Shown here piece after piece: positions 8,167-16,042 of a DNA stretch of 64,000 bases (position 1 is the stretch's first letter; every line of letters starts with the position of its first letter). The translations under genes and the position numbers were made by a program. Below the pieces are notes generated by a model. The model had not been told where the DNA came from and ran no database searches. It was given only the letters and a program-made list of their open reading frames with translations. The stretch lies in IMG/VR virus record IMGVR_UViG_3300034283_001962, positions 54,408 to 118,407 of that record; one strand, 5' to 3'. The stretch is from a virus.

Positions 8167-8415
8167 ATGAAAACAGCAATGCAGGAACTGATAGAATTAT
8201 TGGAAGACTTTAAAGGTGAACTAAAAGATACGTACGATGGTAACCCTTGGATAACCCGTGGAGTACTTATCTCTATTGCCGAGGCTAAGAAACTATTGCG
8301 TAAAGAACGCGAACAGATCGAGAAGGCGTTTTTTGATGGGGACGAAGACGGAAGATCGGAATATTATAAAAAATTTGTAGGCTCACAAGATTACTACAAT
8401 AAAACATACAGCTAA
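8167..8415 (+). CDS. Small hypothetical protein (KTAMQEL...EKEQI...YYNKTY family)
   Basis: ORF; paralogous to 10682-10921. Confidence 0.65.
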   Translation: MKTAMQELIELLEDFKGELKDTYDGNPWITRGVLISIAEAKKLLRKEREQIEKAFFDGDEDGRSEYYKKFVGSQDYYNKTYS

Positions 8416-8892
8416 TGAACAACTTACAAACCAAACTCAAAGAATTAGAAGCCTGTGATGGCCCTGATGGTGCTATTGAATGGGCCAAAGACTACGACAC
8501 CCTTCAAGATGCTTGGGATAATTGCCAAAGAGGGGATTGGATGATTTGGCTCATTGATAAGATGGGCTGGAGCAATGATAAGGATCTAAGACTGATGTCT
8601 GTTGCGTTTGCAAGGCAAGTGCAGCATCTCATGAAAGATCAGAGGTCAATCAATGCCCTTGATGTTGCGGAAAGATACGCAAATGGGGAGGCTACTGTTG
8701 ACGAATTACGGGAGGCAAGGGCGGCAGCAAGGGCGGCAGATACGGCATGGGCGGCAGCATGGGCGGCAGATGCGGCAGATGCGGCAGAGGCGGCAGCAGA
8801 TGCGGCAGGGGGGGCAGTAAGGGCTGATCAGGCTAATATAATTAGACAGTATTTGCCAACGGTAACATTCTAAAACATACAGCCAATGAACA
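8400..8892 (+). repeat. 22-bp direct repeat TAAAACATACAGC(T/C)AATGAACA at 8400-8421 and 8871-8892
   Basis: 21/22 identity; each copy spans a stop/start junction flanking ORF 8415-8873. Confidence 0.8.
8415..8873 (+). CDS. Hypothetical protein with Ala-rich AAWAA repeats
   Basis: ACDG...W...RGDWMIW N-terminus; GC-rich GCGGCA repeats at 8715-8820. Confidence 0.7.
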   Translation: MNNLQTKLKELEACDGPDGAIEWAKDYDTLQDAWDNCQRGDWMIWLIDKMGWSNDKDLRLMSVAFARQVQHLMKDQRSINALDVAERYANGEATVDELREARAAARAADTAWAAAWAADAADAAEAAADAAGGAVRADQANIIRQYLPTVTF

Positions 8893-9425
8893 CTGAAAAA
8901 ATAAAAGCAGCACGATCTGCCTATACCGCAGGAATTAATTACGCAGCTGCCAATTTACTAAAATTTGATAAATACGGGTGGGAGTGGGGAGGTCGGTGGA
9001 CCAACTTCAAGGATATGCCACACTTCCAGAAAACATTCGGCAAGACAACAAAAACAGCAAAGATGAAACTAAAACAAATCGACTTTAACGCGGAACTAAT
9101 CGGCAAGGATGGCATCGTAGTGAAAACAATGGATGGCATAGAAGTCAAGCAGCTTACTTTTTTTAAGTGCGATGTTTCCTACAAAGTTGTAGGAACTATG
9201 GATGGAGTGCTACAAACTTGGAATAGTATTGGAAATTATATTTTTTCAATTACTTCGGATGGTAATTGTGTAATTGCCAGACACTCCACATTAAACCTAA
9301 TAATGTACAAAGAAGTCAAGGTTATGACGGTGGACGAGTTTTATCAACGTTATTATAGTACAATAGGTGCTTACGACTTCGCCCACAAACTTGCCGCTGC
9401 TGTAAAGGCTGGGGAGGTGGAGTAA
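8886..9425 (+). CDS. Chimeric hypothetical ORF: M15 peptidase C-terminal remnant fused to a protein probably starting at MKLKQ (9063)
   Basis: GWEWGGRWTNFKDMPHFQ motif in the first 55 aa. Confidence 0.55.
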   Translation: MNTEKIKAARSAYTAGINYAAANLLKFDKYGWEWGGRWTNFKDMPHFQKTFGKTTKTAKMKLKQIDFNAELIGKDGIVVKTMDGIEVKQLTFFKCDVSYKVVGTMDGVLQTWNSIGNYIFSITSDGNCVIARHSTLNLIMYKEVKVMTVDEFYQRYYSTIGAYDFAHKLAAAVKAGEVE

Positions 9426-9470
9426 GATCATAATATGAAACATTAAGGCGGGAAAATATCTTTGAAATAG

Positions 9471-9501
9471 TTTGCATAATCAAAATAAGGTTGTATATTT
9501 G
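9471..9501 (+). promoter_or_regulatory. Promoter TTTG-N19-TATATTTG heading the operon that contains the mini-array
   Basis: TTTG 9471-74, TATATTTG 9494-9501. Confidence 0.7.
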
Positions 9502-9520
9502 TAAGACAAAAGCAAACAAA

Positions 9521-9718
9521 ATGACACTAACCGAAAAAATCAACAGCAATCCTTACTTAAAAGTAAGCAACTGCACAGACATTGCAGACCTTGAAGCAGC
9601 AATGGATGACCTTAGAAAACTTGATGCAGAGTTTGGAGATGACAACAAAACGCTATTAAAACTTTGGGCAAAGTTCTTAGGTAAAAAGAAAAAACTTGAA
9701 TTATGGAAGCGGAAATAA
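9521..9718 (+). CDS. Hypothetical protein (MTLTEKI...)
   Basis: ORF directly after the promoter. Confidence 0.6.
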   Translation: MTLTEKINSNPYLKVSNCTDIADLEAAMDDLRKLDAEFGDDNKTLLKLWAKFLGKKKKLELWKRK

Positions 9719-9996
9719 AAGTTAGGAAACCAAGCAAGCTAAGAATATTGGCAAAGAAAATACTGGGGAATTACGCCCTGTATTATACAAAAGAATTTGA
9801 GTGGCAAATGAAGTTGCCGAAAAATGGTGATCAAATAAAAATAACATGGTTTCCGGACAACAGAGGAGCAACAAACGCTTATATTGGGATGTCTGGAGTA
9901 GTTGAAAATATGAATATTAACGATGGTCATTTTATATTGAATTGTGGAAATTGTATACTTATTTGTAGTGGCGATTTTAATTACATTAGATTATGA
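9703..9996 (+). CDS. Hypothetical protein
   Basis: ORF track; overlaps neighbours. Confidence 0.55.
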   Translation: MEAEIKVRKPSKLRILAKKILGNYALYYTKEFEWQMKLPKNGDQIKITWFPDNRGATNAYIGMSGVVENMNINDGHFILNCGNCILICSGDFNYIRL

Positions 9997-10145
9997 AACA
10001 GGGCGGCAAACGTGAGGGGGCAGGCAGACCAAAGAAACATGGTGAACCAACCACTACAATCGCTTTCCGCTGCCCTGTATCTAAAGTTGATGAATTGAAA
10101 AAAATAATTAACACAAAACTGGCCAAGTGGGCAATAAAAAAATGA
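9993..10145 (+). CDS. 50-aa DNA-binding protein (GGKREGAGRPK motif, AT-hook/RHH-like); not in ORF track
   Basis: MKQGGKREGAGRPKKHGEPTTTIAFRCPVSKVDELKKII...; ATGA coupling at both ends. Confidence 0.7.
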   Translation: MKQGGKREGAGRPKKHGEPTTTIAFRCPVSKVDELKKIINTKLAKWAIKK

Positions 10146-10486
10146 ACAGACAACAAAAAATTGCAGAGCTGAAAGCTCAGATAGCTGAACTTGAAAAGAT
10201 CACACCGGAAGAAAGGTTTTTAGAGTTGATCGACGGCATGACCGTGAAAATTGACAAAGACAATTACCCGAATTCGACTTTCTTTTTTAAGGGTGATACG
10301 TGTTATTTAGAACTTGAAAAATCAAGATTATGGGTTAGATATGCTGAAATCTGGCAGGTTTTTAAAGTTGAATTTGGGATGCAGTATGATGAAATCCAGT
10401 CGTTTATAAAAGATCAGATGGAACAACACTTCAAAATGATGGGGGGAGTAACACCCGACCGAATGACATGGACGGATCAAATGTGA
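10142..10486 (+). CDS. Hypothetical protein whose C-terminus is encoded by repeat 1 + spacer 1 of the mini-array
   Basis: MNRQQKIAEL...KDQ-MEQHFKMMGGVTP-DRMTWTDQM*. Confidence 0.75.
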   Translation: MNRQQKIAELKAQIAELEKITPEERFLELIDGMTVKIDKDNYPNSTFFFKGDTCYLELEKSRLWVRYAEIWQVFKVEFGMQYDEIQSFIKDQMEQHFKMMGGVTPDRMTWTDQM

Positions 10487-10578
10487 TGGAACAACACTTC
10501 AAAATGATGGGGGGAGTAACACCTGAAGTAATAAACTGGGTAGTAGCTTTGCTGGTGGAACAACACTTTAAAAAATGA
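10417..10578 (+). CRISPR. CRISPR-like mini-array: two identical 39-nt repeats plus a degenerate partial third, with two spacers (29 and 30 nt); no cas genes in window
   Basis: Repeat GATGGAACAACACTTCAAAATGATGGGGGGAGTAACACC at 10417-55 and 10485-523; partial GGTGGAACAACACTTTAAAAAATGA at 10554-78. Spacer 1 (10456-84) is identical to 46968-46996. Confidence 0.75.
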
Positions 10579-10681
10579 ACAAATGGCCTTTTTACAAAGC
10601 GATTGGTAGGACTTGGAAATTCGAAGCTGCTAAATATTACAACCGGGGTAAACTTATGCGTAAAATTAAAACTGAAAAGAC

Positions 10682-10921
10682 ATGGAAAAGAAACTGACAG
10701 CGGTAGAGTGGTTTTTAAATGAACTACAAAGGATGCAATACTTTATTGGCAATGATATGTTACAAGCCTATAACCAAGCCATCGCAATGGAGAAGGAGCA
10801 GCACGAAAAAACAGCTTTACATTTTTCAGAAAAGGTACTTGACCACATTCAAGATGATAAAGGGTGGGAAGGCGGAGATTTTGAGTTTAAAAATTACTAC
10901 AATAAAACCTACGGCAAATGA
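10682..10921 (+). CDS. Small hypothetical protein (KLTAVEW...YYNKTY family)
   Basis: Paralog of 8167-8415. Confidence 0.65.
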   Translation: MEKKLTAVEWFLNELQRMQYFIGNDMLQAYNQAIAMEKEQHEKTALHFSEKVLDHIQDDKGWEGGDFEFKNYYNKTYGK

Positions 10922-11151
10922 CAAAAGAATCTATTGTTGAGTTACAAAAAATAGACTGTAACTGCAATGACTGTATCCATATGAACAGAGATATTGCTAA
11001 GTATGAATCTTTTAACTCTCTGTATAGGGGGACTAACCCATCACACCGGGTACTTTATGGACACTGTTCTCTAAAAAATATACAAGTGTCTTTTATAGCC
11101 AATACTTGTCAGATACATACTCAATCTTGCTTTAAGCATAGAAGGGATTAA
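10918..11151 (+). CDS. Cys-rich hypothetical protein
   Basis: IDCNCNDC...GHC...NTCQ...CFKHRR. Confidence 0.65.
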   Translation: MTKESIVELQKIDCNCNDCIHMNRDIAKYESFNSLYRGTNPSHRVLYGHCSLKNIQVSFIANTCQIHTQSCFKHRRD

Positions 11152-11233
11152 AATAAAAACCCCTTCCAGATTATGAAAGGGGTCGGTCGACATCCCCGGC
11201 CTGCTGATTGAAAAGGTATCCATAACAAAAGTA
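11150..11233 (-). ncRNA. Putative ~70-nt minus-strand small RNA with its own promoter and terminator
   Basis: TACTTTTG at 11233-11226; hairpin ACCCCTTTC...GGAAGGGGT followed by a U-run on the minus strand; intergenic. Confidence 0.4.
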
Positions 11234-11255
11234 ATGATTTAAAATAACTTAATCA

Positions 11256-11570
11256 ATGAATTACGCAGAAAAAATGGCAGAGAGGGAGTTCCCAAAAGAG
11301 ATGCAATGGCTTAATTACGGGGGTGGCAGTAATGACGAATACGTTGATATGAACGAGGGCAGCCGCACCGCATACGTCAAGGGCTATGAGGCCGACAAGT
11401 GGATAAGGGTGGAGGATGAGTTGCCAGAACTAAAACTGGCTGAACATATACAGGTGTGGCATACAGAGTGGGAAAGACCTTATTACTTAAAGACGGTTTA
11501 TTTTTTAAAGCCGACAGTTTACAAAAGGTATTCACATTGGCAATATTTATCACCACCTAAAACAAAATAG
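11256..11570 (+). CDS. Hypothetical protein (DUF551-like WIRVEDELP...SHWQ)
   Basis: Motif recognition. Confidence 0.6.
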   Translation: MNYAEKMAEREFPKEMQWLNYGGGSNDEYVDMNEGSRTAYVKGYEADKWIRVEDELPELKLAEHIQVWHTEWERPYYLKTVYFLKPTVYKRYSHWQYLSPPKTK

Positions 11571-11780
11571 ATGGAAAACGAAAATATAAACGAAGCAGAA
11601 AAACCGCAAATGAATATAGGTGATGTTAGCAGTAGTGCTTTACCTGATGCGCTGTTAGATTGGAACACGCTTTCACTTGATCAAATGGTAGAAAACTTGC
11701 GACAAAAATATATGTTTAGTAGTAGCGGAGATGCAAAGTGTATTCACCATTTGATAGGGTTTTATGATAAGCACAAATAA
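11571..11780 (+). CDS. Hypothetical protein
   Basis: ORF track. Confidence 0.55.
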   Translation: MENENINEAEKPQMNIGDVSSSALPDALLDWNTLSLDQMVENLRQKYMFSSSGDAKCIHHLIGFYDKHK

Positions 11781-12005
11781 CTAACTAAAAAAGTAATGGC
11801 AACATTCAGAATACCCAACGGGAATACAGTAACATTTAAAATTGAACCATGAGTAAAAAACAAAAAAACACAAGCATAGCCGCTATTGTCTACATCATTA
11901 CTTGTATGTGGATAATTCAAGGTGAGACGATCAGTAGTTTCGGCAGATTTTTAATAGCAATTTTCTTTTTTACAGTTATAGGATCAACATATGATTTAAC
12001 AAAAA

Positions 12006-12215
12006 ATGATAACCATGAGTAAAATATTATTACAGACAGAAAAGCAAATGATAAAGGACGTTATTGTAGAGTTGGCATCAAGACTTATAAAAGACACAGA
12101 GGATAGTTCTGAAAAGCATGGCATGATAGAGGTAGGTGCAAGATGGGTGAAACAGCTTGATGAAAAACTGTTTGAACTTGACCAAATTGAAAGACAAATA
12201 AATCTTACCACTTAA
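12006..12215 (+). CDS. Hypothetical protein
   Basis: ORF track. Confidence 0.55.
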   Translation: MITMSKILLQTEKQMIKDVIVELASRLIKDTEDSSEKHGMIEVGARWVKQLDEKLFELDQIERQINLTT

Positions 12216-12223
12216 AAAGTAAT

Positions 12224-12520
12224 ATGGAAAGAAAACTTAGCATGACTAAATTTCGAGAACTTATAAACCTGCATTACAAAGGAAAGATAAGCATAAGCAA
12301 GTTTCTTGAAGAAATTAATAACCATTTTATTACACCTATTGAGCATTATTCATCAGCATCGGAAAAGTGGGCAACTACATCAATAAAGTGTTGTTTATGT
12401 GGCCATTATTGGCAGGCGGTGTATCCCGTTCAAGTTGTAGTCATATTGGGCGAAGAAAACATTAGATACCCAGAATTAGAGTGTCCGAATTGTGAATACA
12501 AAAACATAGTTAAACCATGA
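12224..12520 (+). CDS. Hypothetical Zn-ribbon protein
   Basis: CCLCGHYW...ECPNC. Confidence 0.6.
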   Translation: MERKLSMTKFRELINLHYKGKISISKFLEEINNHFITPIEHYSSASEKWATTSIKCCLCGHYWQAVYPVQVVVILGEENIRYPELECPNCEYKNIVKP

Positions 12521-12990
12521 GTAAAACCCCTGAACAGATAGCAGCGGAGTTGTACCCTACTATCCCAACTGCAATAGTGCATTATGATTATAATGATATA
12601 GTTGAATACCAACGTGCCGCATGGCTATCAAGGCAACCGGAAGTGGATGAACTGAAAAGGCAGGTGGAGGAGTTGATGGCATTTAACGAAACGTGTTTGC
12701 AAAACAACAAATCATTGACAGCCGCTAAAGAGAAGGAGTTGGAAGAGCTGAAGGAACAATTAGGCTATAACAAGTTCGGGGTAGGAAAGCTAATTGAACA
12801 AAACGCCAAGTTGAAAGCCACCCACGATGCTGAGATGTGTGCTTTTGCGGAGTGGATTGATGAAAATGAATTAGTACGAATAATTAAATACGGAGATGTC
12901 AAGTGGTACTCTAACAAAATAGGAGATGCAGGAGTTTTTGAAAAGCCACATACTACTATTGAACTACTAACTAAATTTAGAGAACGATGA
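12517..12990 (+). CDS. Hypothetical protein
   Basis: ORF track; ATGA coupling. Confidence 0.6.
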   Translation: MSKTPEQIAAELYPTIPTAIVHYDYNDIVEYQRAAWLSRQPEVDELKRQVEELMAFNETCLQNNKSLTAAKEKELEELKEQLGYNKFGVGKLIEQNAKLKATHDAEMCAFAEWIDENELVRIIKYGDVKWYSNKIGDAGVFEKPHTTIELLTKFRER

Positions 12991-13229
12991 AATTAGGAGA
13001 GCAAATTATACCAATGGAATATTCTGAACAAGAGCTTATAAAAATTGCTGAAAAAGGTGAATCAGATTTGAAGGCAAAAATGGCTATGTACTTACTAAGA
13101 GAAAATTATGACTCTACATATGGCTGGTGTAATGATTGCGATTTCTTAGTATGCAAGAAAAGAGATTGTTGTTTAAATAGAATTGATAACAAAACTGAAA
13201 CGAACCGTCAAGATTTACTTGACAGTTGA
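12987..13229 (+). CDS. Hypothetical Cys-rich protein
   Basis: WCNDCDFLVCKKRDCC. Confidence 0.6.
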   Translation: MKLGEQIIPMEYSEQELIKIAEKGESDLKAKMAMYLLRENYDSTYGWCNDCDFLVCKKRDCCLNRIDNKTETNRQDLLDS

Positions 13230-13326
13230 AAAAACAGAGGTATGATAAGCTTAATAGCAATATTGTCTTTAGCGTTAATATCTTATTTGCTTTTATGTAT
13301 TTATCTGAAGCTACAGGATATTCAAA

Positions 13327-13977
13327 ATGAAATTTTCCATAATACACAGGAACTTAAAAAACAGAACCATGAAAGAACTAATTGAGTGGATGGAGCAAGA
13401 ATTAAAAGGACATGAACTAATAGGCTCAGACTACGGACTTGGCTTAAGAAGCGGCATCAGCAGATGCATAGCCAAAGCCAAGGAACTTGAAGCCGCAAAT
13501 TGCGACCACAAAAATTGTCTCAATTATAGCAAAGATTTGCGACAGAACCATTCCGAGGATACGCTCGATATGCGTGATCCACTTGCTGAAGCATGGGACA
13601 GTGAAGAAGACAAGATATGGGACACGCTCGATATGCATACCTTCAAAGTAGGTGACAGGGTGAGGGTGGTAAGCAATCAGGCCAGTATGGCTAATGAAAA
13701 TTGTGGCCGACATGAATTTGAAATAGGGGCTGTTGTAGAGTTAAGGTATTGGAGTGATGGCTCTAAAAGTTGGGAAGCTAAAAATAAAAGTGACTGTTGG
13801 AATATTGACCCCGCAGACATTGAACCATGCCAAAAGGAATTTAGATGGGAGGAGAAACTGAACAACCTACTTGCAACTAAATCAAAAGCTGAATTGCTTG
13901 AGGTCTGGGATCGAGTCAATAAAGAAAGAAAAAAGGGTCCAGCTTTAAGTGACTATTTTGAGAAACTTGAGGAATGA
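13327..13977 (+). CDS. Hypothetical mosaic protein with KOW/SH3-like segment (FKVGDRVRV)
   Basis: ORF track. Confidence 0.6.
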   Translation: MKFSIIHRNLKNRTMKELIEWMEQELKGHELIGSDYGLGLRSGISRCIAKAKELEAANCDHKNCLNYSKDLRQNHSEDTLDMRDPLAEAWDSEEDKIWDTLDMHTFKVGDRVRVVSNQASMANENCGRHEFEIGAVVELRYWSDGSKSWEAKNKSDCWNIDPADIEPCQKEFRWEEKLNNLLATKSKAELLEVWDRVNKERKKGPALSDYFEKLEE

Positions 13978-14173
13978 GAAACAATTAATCAAAAAAGCAC
14001 ACCTGAGTAAGTCAATATATTATGATTTATATAATATGAAAAAGCTAAAAGAAAAAGAATGATAGAAGATTATGAAAGAATTTATCTAACAGATAAGATT
14101 TTTATTAAAGAAGATGAACTTTTTTTTTTCCAAGAATTGTTACACGATGAAAAAAAGATTAAATTTGTAAATA

Positions 14174-14857
14174 ATGACTCAAAACAATCTAGAATCTTTA
14201 AAAGAACCAATGTTCAATCTGTCTTTAAAACAAATAAAAATTTGTCTAGAGGAAAAAATAGATTTAAACAGTTTATTTTTACTAGAAGCATTAGAGGAGG
14301 AAAAAGACTTGGCAGAATATTTAAAAACTCCTCAATTAGATTCTTGGAAACAAACTCTAGTTCGCAAAAGTTTAATAAACGAAAAAGGAATACTTCTAAC
14401 TAGAGGTAAAGCATTATTAGATAATATTCGTAAAGGAATCAATTGCAAAAAAGAAAAATTAGATAAAAATGTTTCTAATGAAGAAACATCATTTGATATA
14501 TGGTGGAGACATTATCCAGGTACTAATAATTTTGAGATAAATGGTAAAAGATTTAAAGGTACTAGAACTTTTAGAGTAGAAAAAGATACTTGTAGATTAC
14601 TTTATAATGCAATTCTTACATCAGGAGATTATTCACATGAAGAAATGATTGAAGCTATTAAATTAGAGACAGAAAATCGTAAAGAAGAATCTTATCGAAC
14701 AGGTGAAGATAAACTTAAATATTTACAAAACTCTGCAACCTATCTTAGACAATACTCTTTTGATCCATATATTGAATTAGTTAGAACTGGATTAAAATCA
14801 CAAAATTCAAATCAAAAAACAACAGAAACAGATTACATTGGAGGAATTAATATATGA
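14174..14857 (+). CDS. Putative replication-initiator/helicase-loader-like protein
   Basis: FDIWWRHYP...YLQNSATYLRQ pattern seen in phage initiator C-terminal domains. Confidence 0.5.
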   Translation: MTQNNLESLKEPMFNLSLKQIKICLEEKIDLNSLFLLEALEEEKDLAEYLKTPQLDSWKQTLVRKSLINEKGILLTRGKALLDNIRKGINCKKEKLDKNVSNEETSFDIWWRHYPGTNNFEINGKRFKGTRTFRVEKDTCRLLYNAILTSGDYSHEEMIEAIKLETENRKEESYRTGEDKLKYLQNSATYLRQYSFDPYIELVRTGLKSQNSNQKTTETDYIGGINI

Positions 14858-15060
14858 TAACAATAAAAAACTTTCCAGAAATTTATATTACTGGCTTTCT
14901 TATAAGTAGCTTAATATTTATTTTTAGAGCAATTAAAGGTAAACCAGCACAAGAACCTGGTTGGTTAGATGTCTTTATGTGGTTATTTGCTTGGTGGTTC
15001 TTACTACCTATTTTCATTGTACGTTGGATTAAATATAAAATAAAAGGAGAAAATATATGA
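14854..15060 (+). CDS. Small two-TM membrane protein
   Basis: Two hydrophobic segments. Confidence 0.6.
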   Translation: MITIKNFPEIYITGFLISSLIFIFRAIKGKPAQEPGWLDVFMWLFAWWFLLPIFIVRWIKYKIKGENI

Positions 15061-15299
15061 TACAAGAATCTATAAAATTTCACACTGCAGATAACAAAAC
15101 TGTTGAATTAAGATTAAGAGATGGTAAGTTTTCAGCAACTCTATGGAATGGTTCATCAGGTAGAGGTTCAGATTCTTTAACTGAGTTTTTTGATTTGTTA
15201 GCTAGTAAATATCCTTCTTTACATTTTACTGCAATAAGTTGCAGTCGTACTACTGAAACTGATTTCAAAATGTTCTTTGAAAAGTCAAATAAATCATGA
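15057..15299 (+). CDS. Hypothetical protein
   Basis: ORF track. Confidence 0.55.
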   Translation: MIQESIKFHTADNKTVELRLRDGKFSATLWNGSSGRGSDSLTEFFDLLASKYPSLHFTAISCSRTTETDFKMFFEKSNKS

Positions 15300-15514
15300 A
15301 CAAGATACCAACAGCTGAAGAATTTGCAAAAAGCTTTACTACAGGTAAGGCTGAAGAAACAACAAGAGAATATGTATGTGCCATGCTTATAGAGTTTACT
15401 AAATTACATGTAAAAGCTGCTTTAGAAGCAGCTGCTGATCAGTTCAGTTATTCAGGTGTAAATGGTGTTTACACTTGTATATTAAAAGCTTATTCACTTG
15501 AGAATATCAAGTAA
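15296..15514 (+). CDS. Hypothetical protein (IPTAEEF...LHVKAALEAA family)
   Basis: ORF track. Confidence 0.6.
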   Translation: MNKIPTAEEFAKSFTTGKAEETTREYVCAMLIEFTKLHVKAALEAAADQFSYSGVNGVYTCILKAYSLENIK

Positions 15515-15522
15515 ATATTAAT

Positions 15523-15753
15523 AAACAACTACTGTATTAATACTGAACAGTAACCAACTCTTGTGAACAGAGTTAAGCCCAGTGTTCATAGTTCGGAATA
15601 CAGGGAATAGGGACAAGAATACCTGTATGGTTACCTCACAGTCTAAGATGTGAGTGGTTCGGGTTGGTGTACAAGAAACTCAGTTACCCAATTACACTGG
15701 GAGTGTATCGTGAGATGAGTAATTGTACCCACTTAGAGGGACAGTAGTTGTTT
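15523..15753 (+). ncRNA. Unidentified ~230-nt highly structured RNA
   Basis: 13-bp closing stem AAACAACTACTGT/ACAGTAGTTGTTT, several internal stems, and a possible pseudoknot CCCAGTG/CACTGGG. Confidence 0.6.
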
Positions 15754-15760
15754 TTAATAT

Positions 15761-15879
15761 AGTCAGGTGGCGGAATGGTAGACGCTGTGTACGCCCGATT
15801 AGACACCAGTACGAGGCAGTGAAAAGCCTGCACGTAGAGCTTAGAAAACTGGTTACAGGTTCAAATCCTGTCCTGACTA
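15761..15879 (+). ncRNA. tRNA-like RNA 1 with non-canonical anticodon domain
   Basis: AGTCAGG/CCTGACT acceptor stem, Leu-type D-arm TGGCGGAATGGTAGACGC, T-arm ACAGG-TTCAAAT-CCTGT; ~70-nt irregular middle. Confidence 0.65.
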
Positions 15880-15894
15880 CAAAAAATTGAAAAT

Positions 15895-16032
15895 ATGAAA
15901 CCTATTGTAAATAAAAAGAAAGAAATCAAAAAGGCAAGATATAAATATCCTTGGTATAAGGCATTTATTAAATTACTTAGAAATCAAAAACAAAAGGACT
16001 TTAGGAATGAACAAACTATCCATATGTCCTAA
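15895..16032 (+). CDS. 45-aa basic hypothetical protein
   Basis: MKPIVNKKKEIKKARYKYPWY..., lying between the two tRNA-like RNAs. Confidence 0.4.
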   Translation: MKPIVNKKKEIKKARYKYPWYKAFIKLLRNQKQKDFRNEQTIHMS

Positions 16033-16042
16033 AAAACAATAT

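Noticed and set aside
8715-8820. GC-rich GCGGCA tandem repeats as a regulatory repeat or DGR
   Set aside because: They simply encode the Ala-rich AAWAA tract, and no reverse transcriptase or TR/VR pair was seen in the window.
13556-13637. Short repeat GGA(T/C)ACGCTCGATATGC
   Set aside because: Only two ~17-nt copies, in frame (DTLDM) inside a mosaic ORF; most likely a recombination scar.
14059-14403. Alternative-frame and antisense ORFs from the track (e.g. 14059-14403, 2321-2536, 25369-25701, 44103-44459, 54927-55295)
   Set aside because: They overlap longer, motif-bearing genes and have no recognisable features, so they are treated as shadow ORFs.
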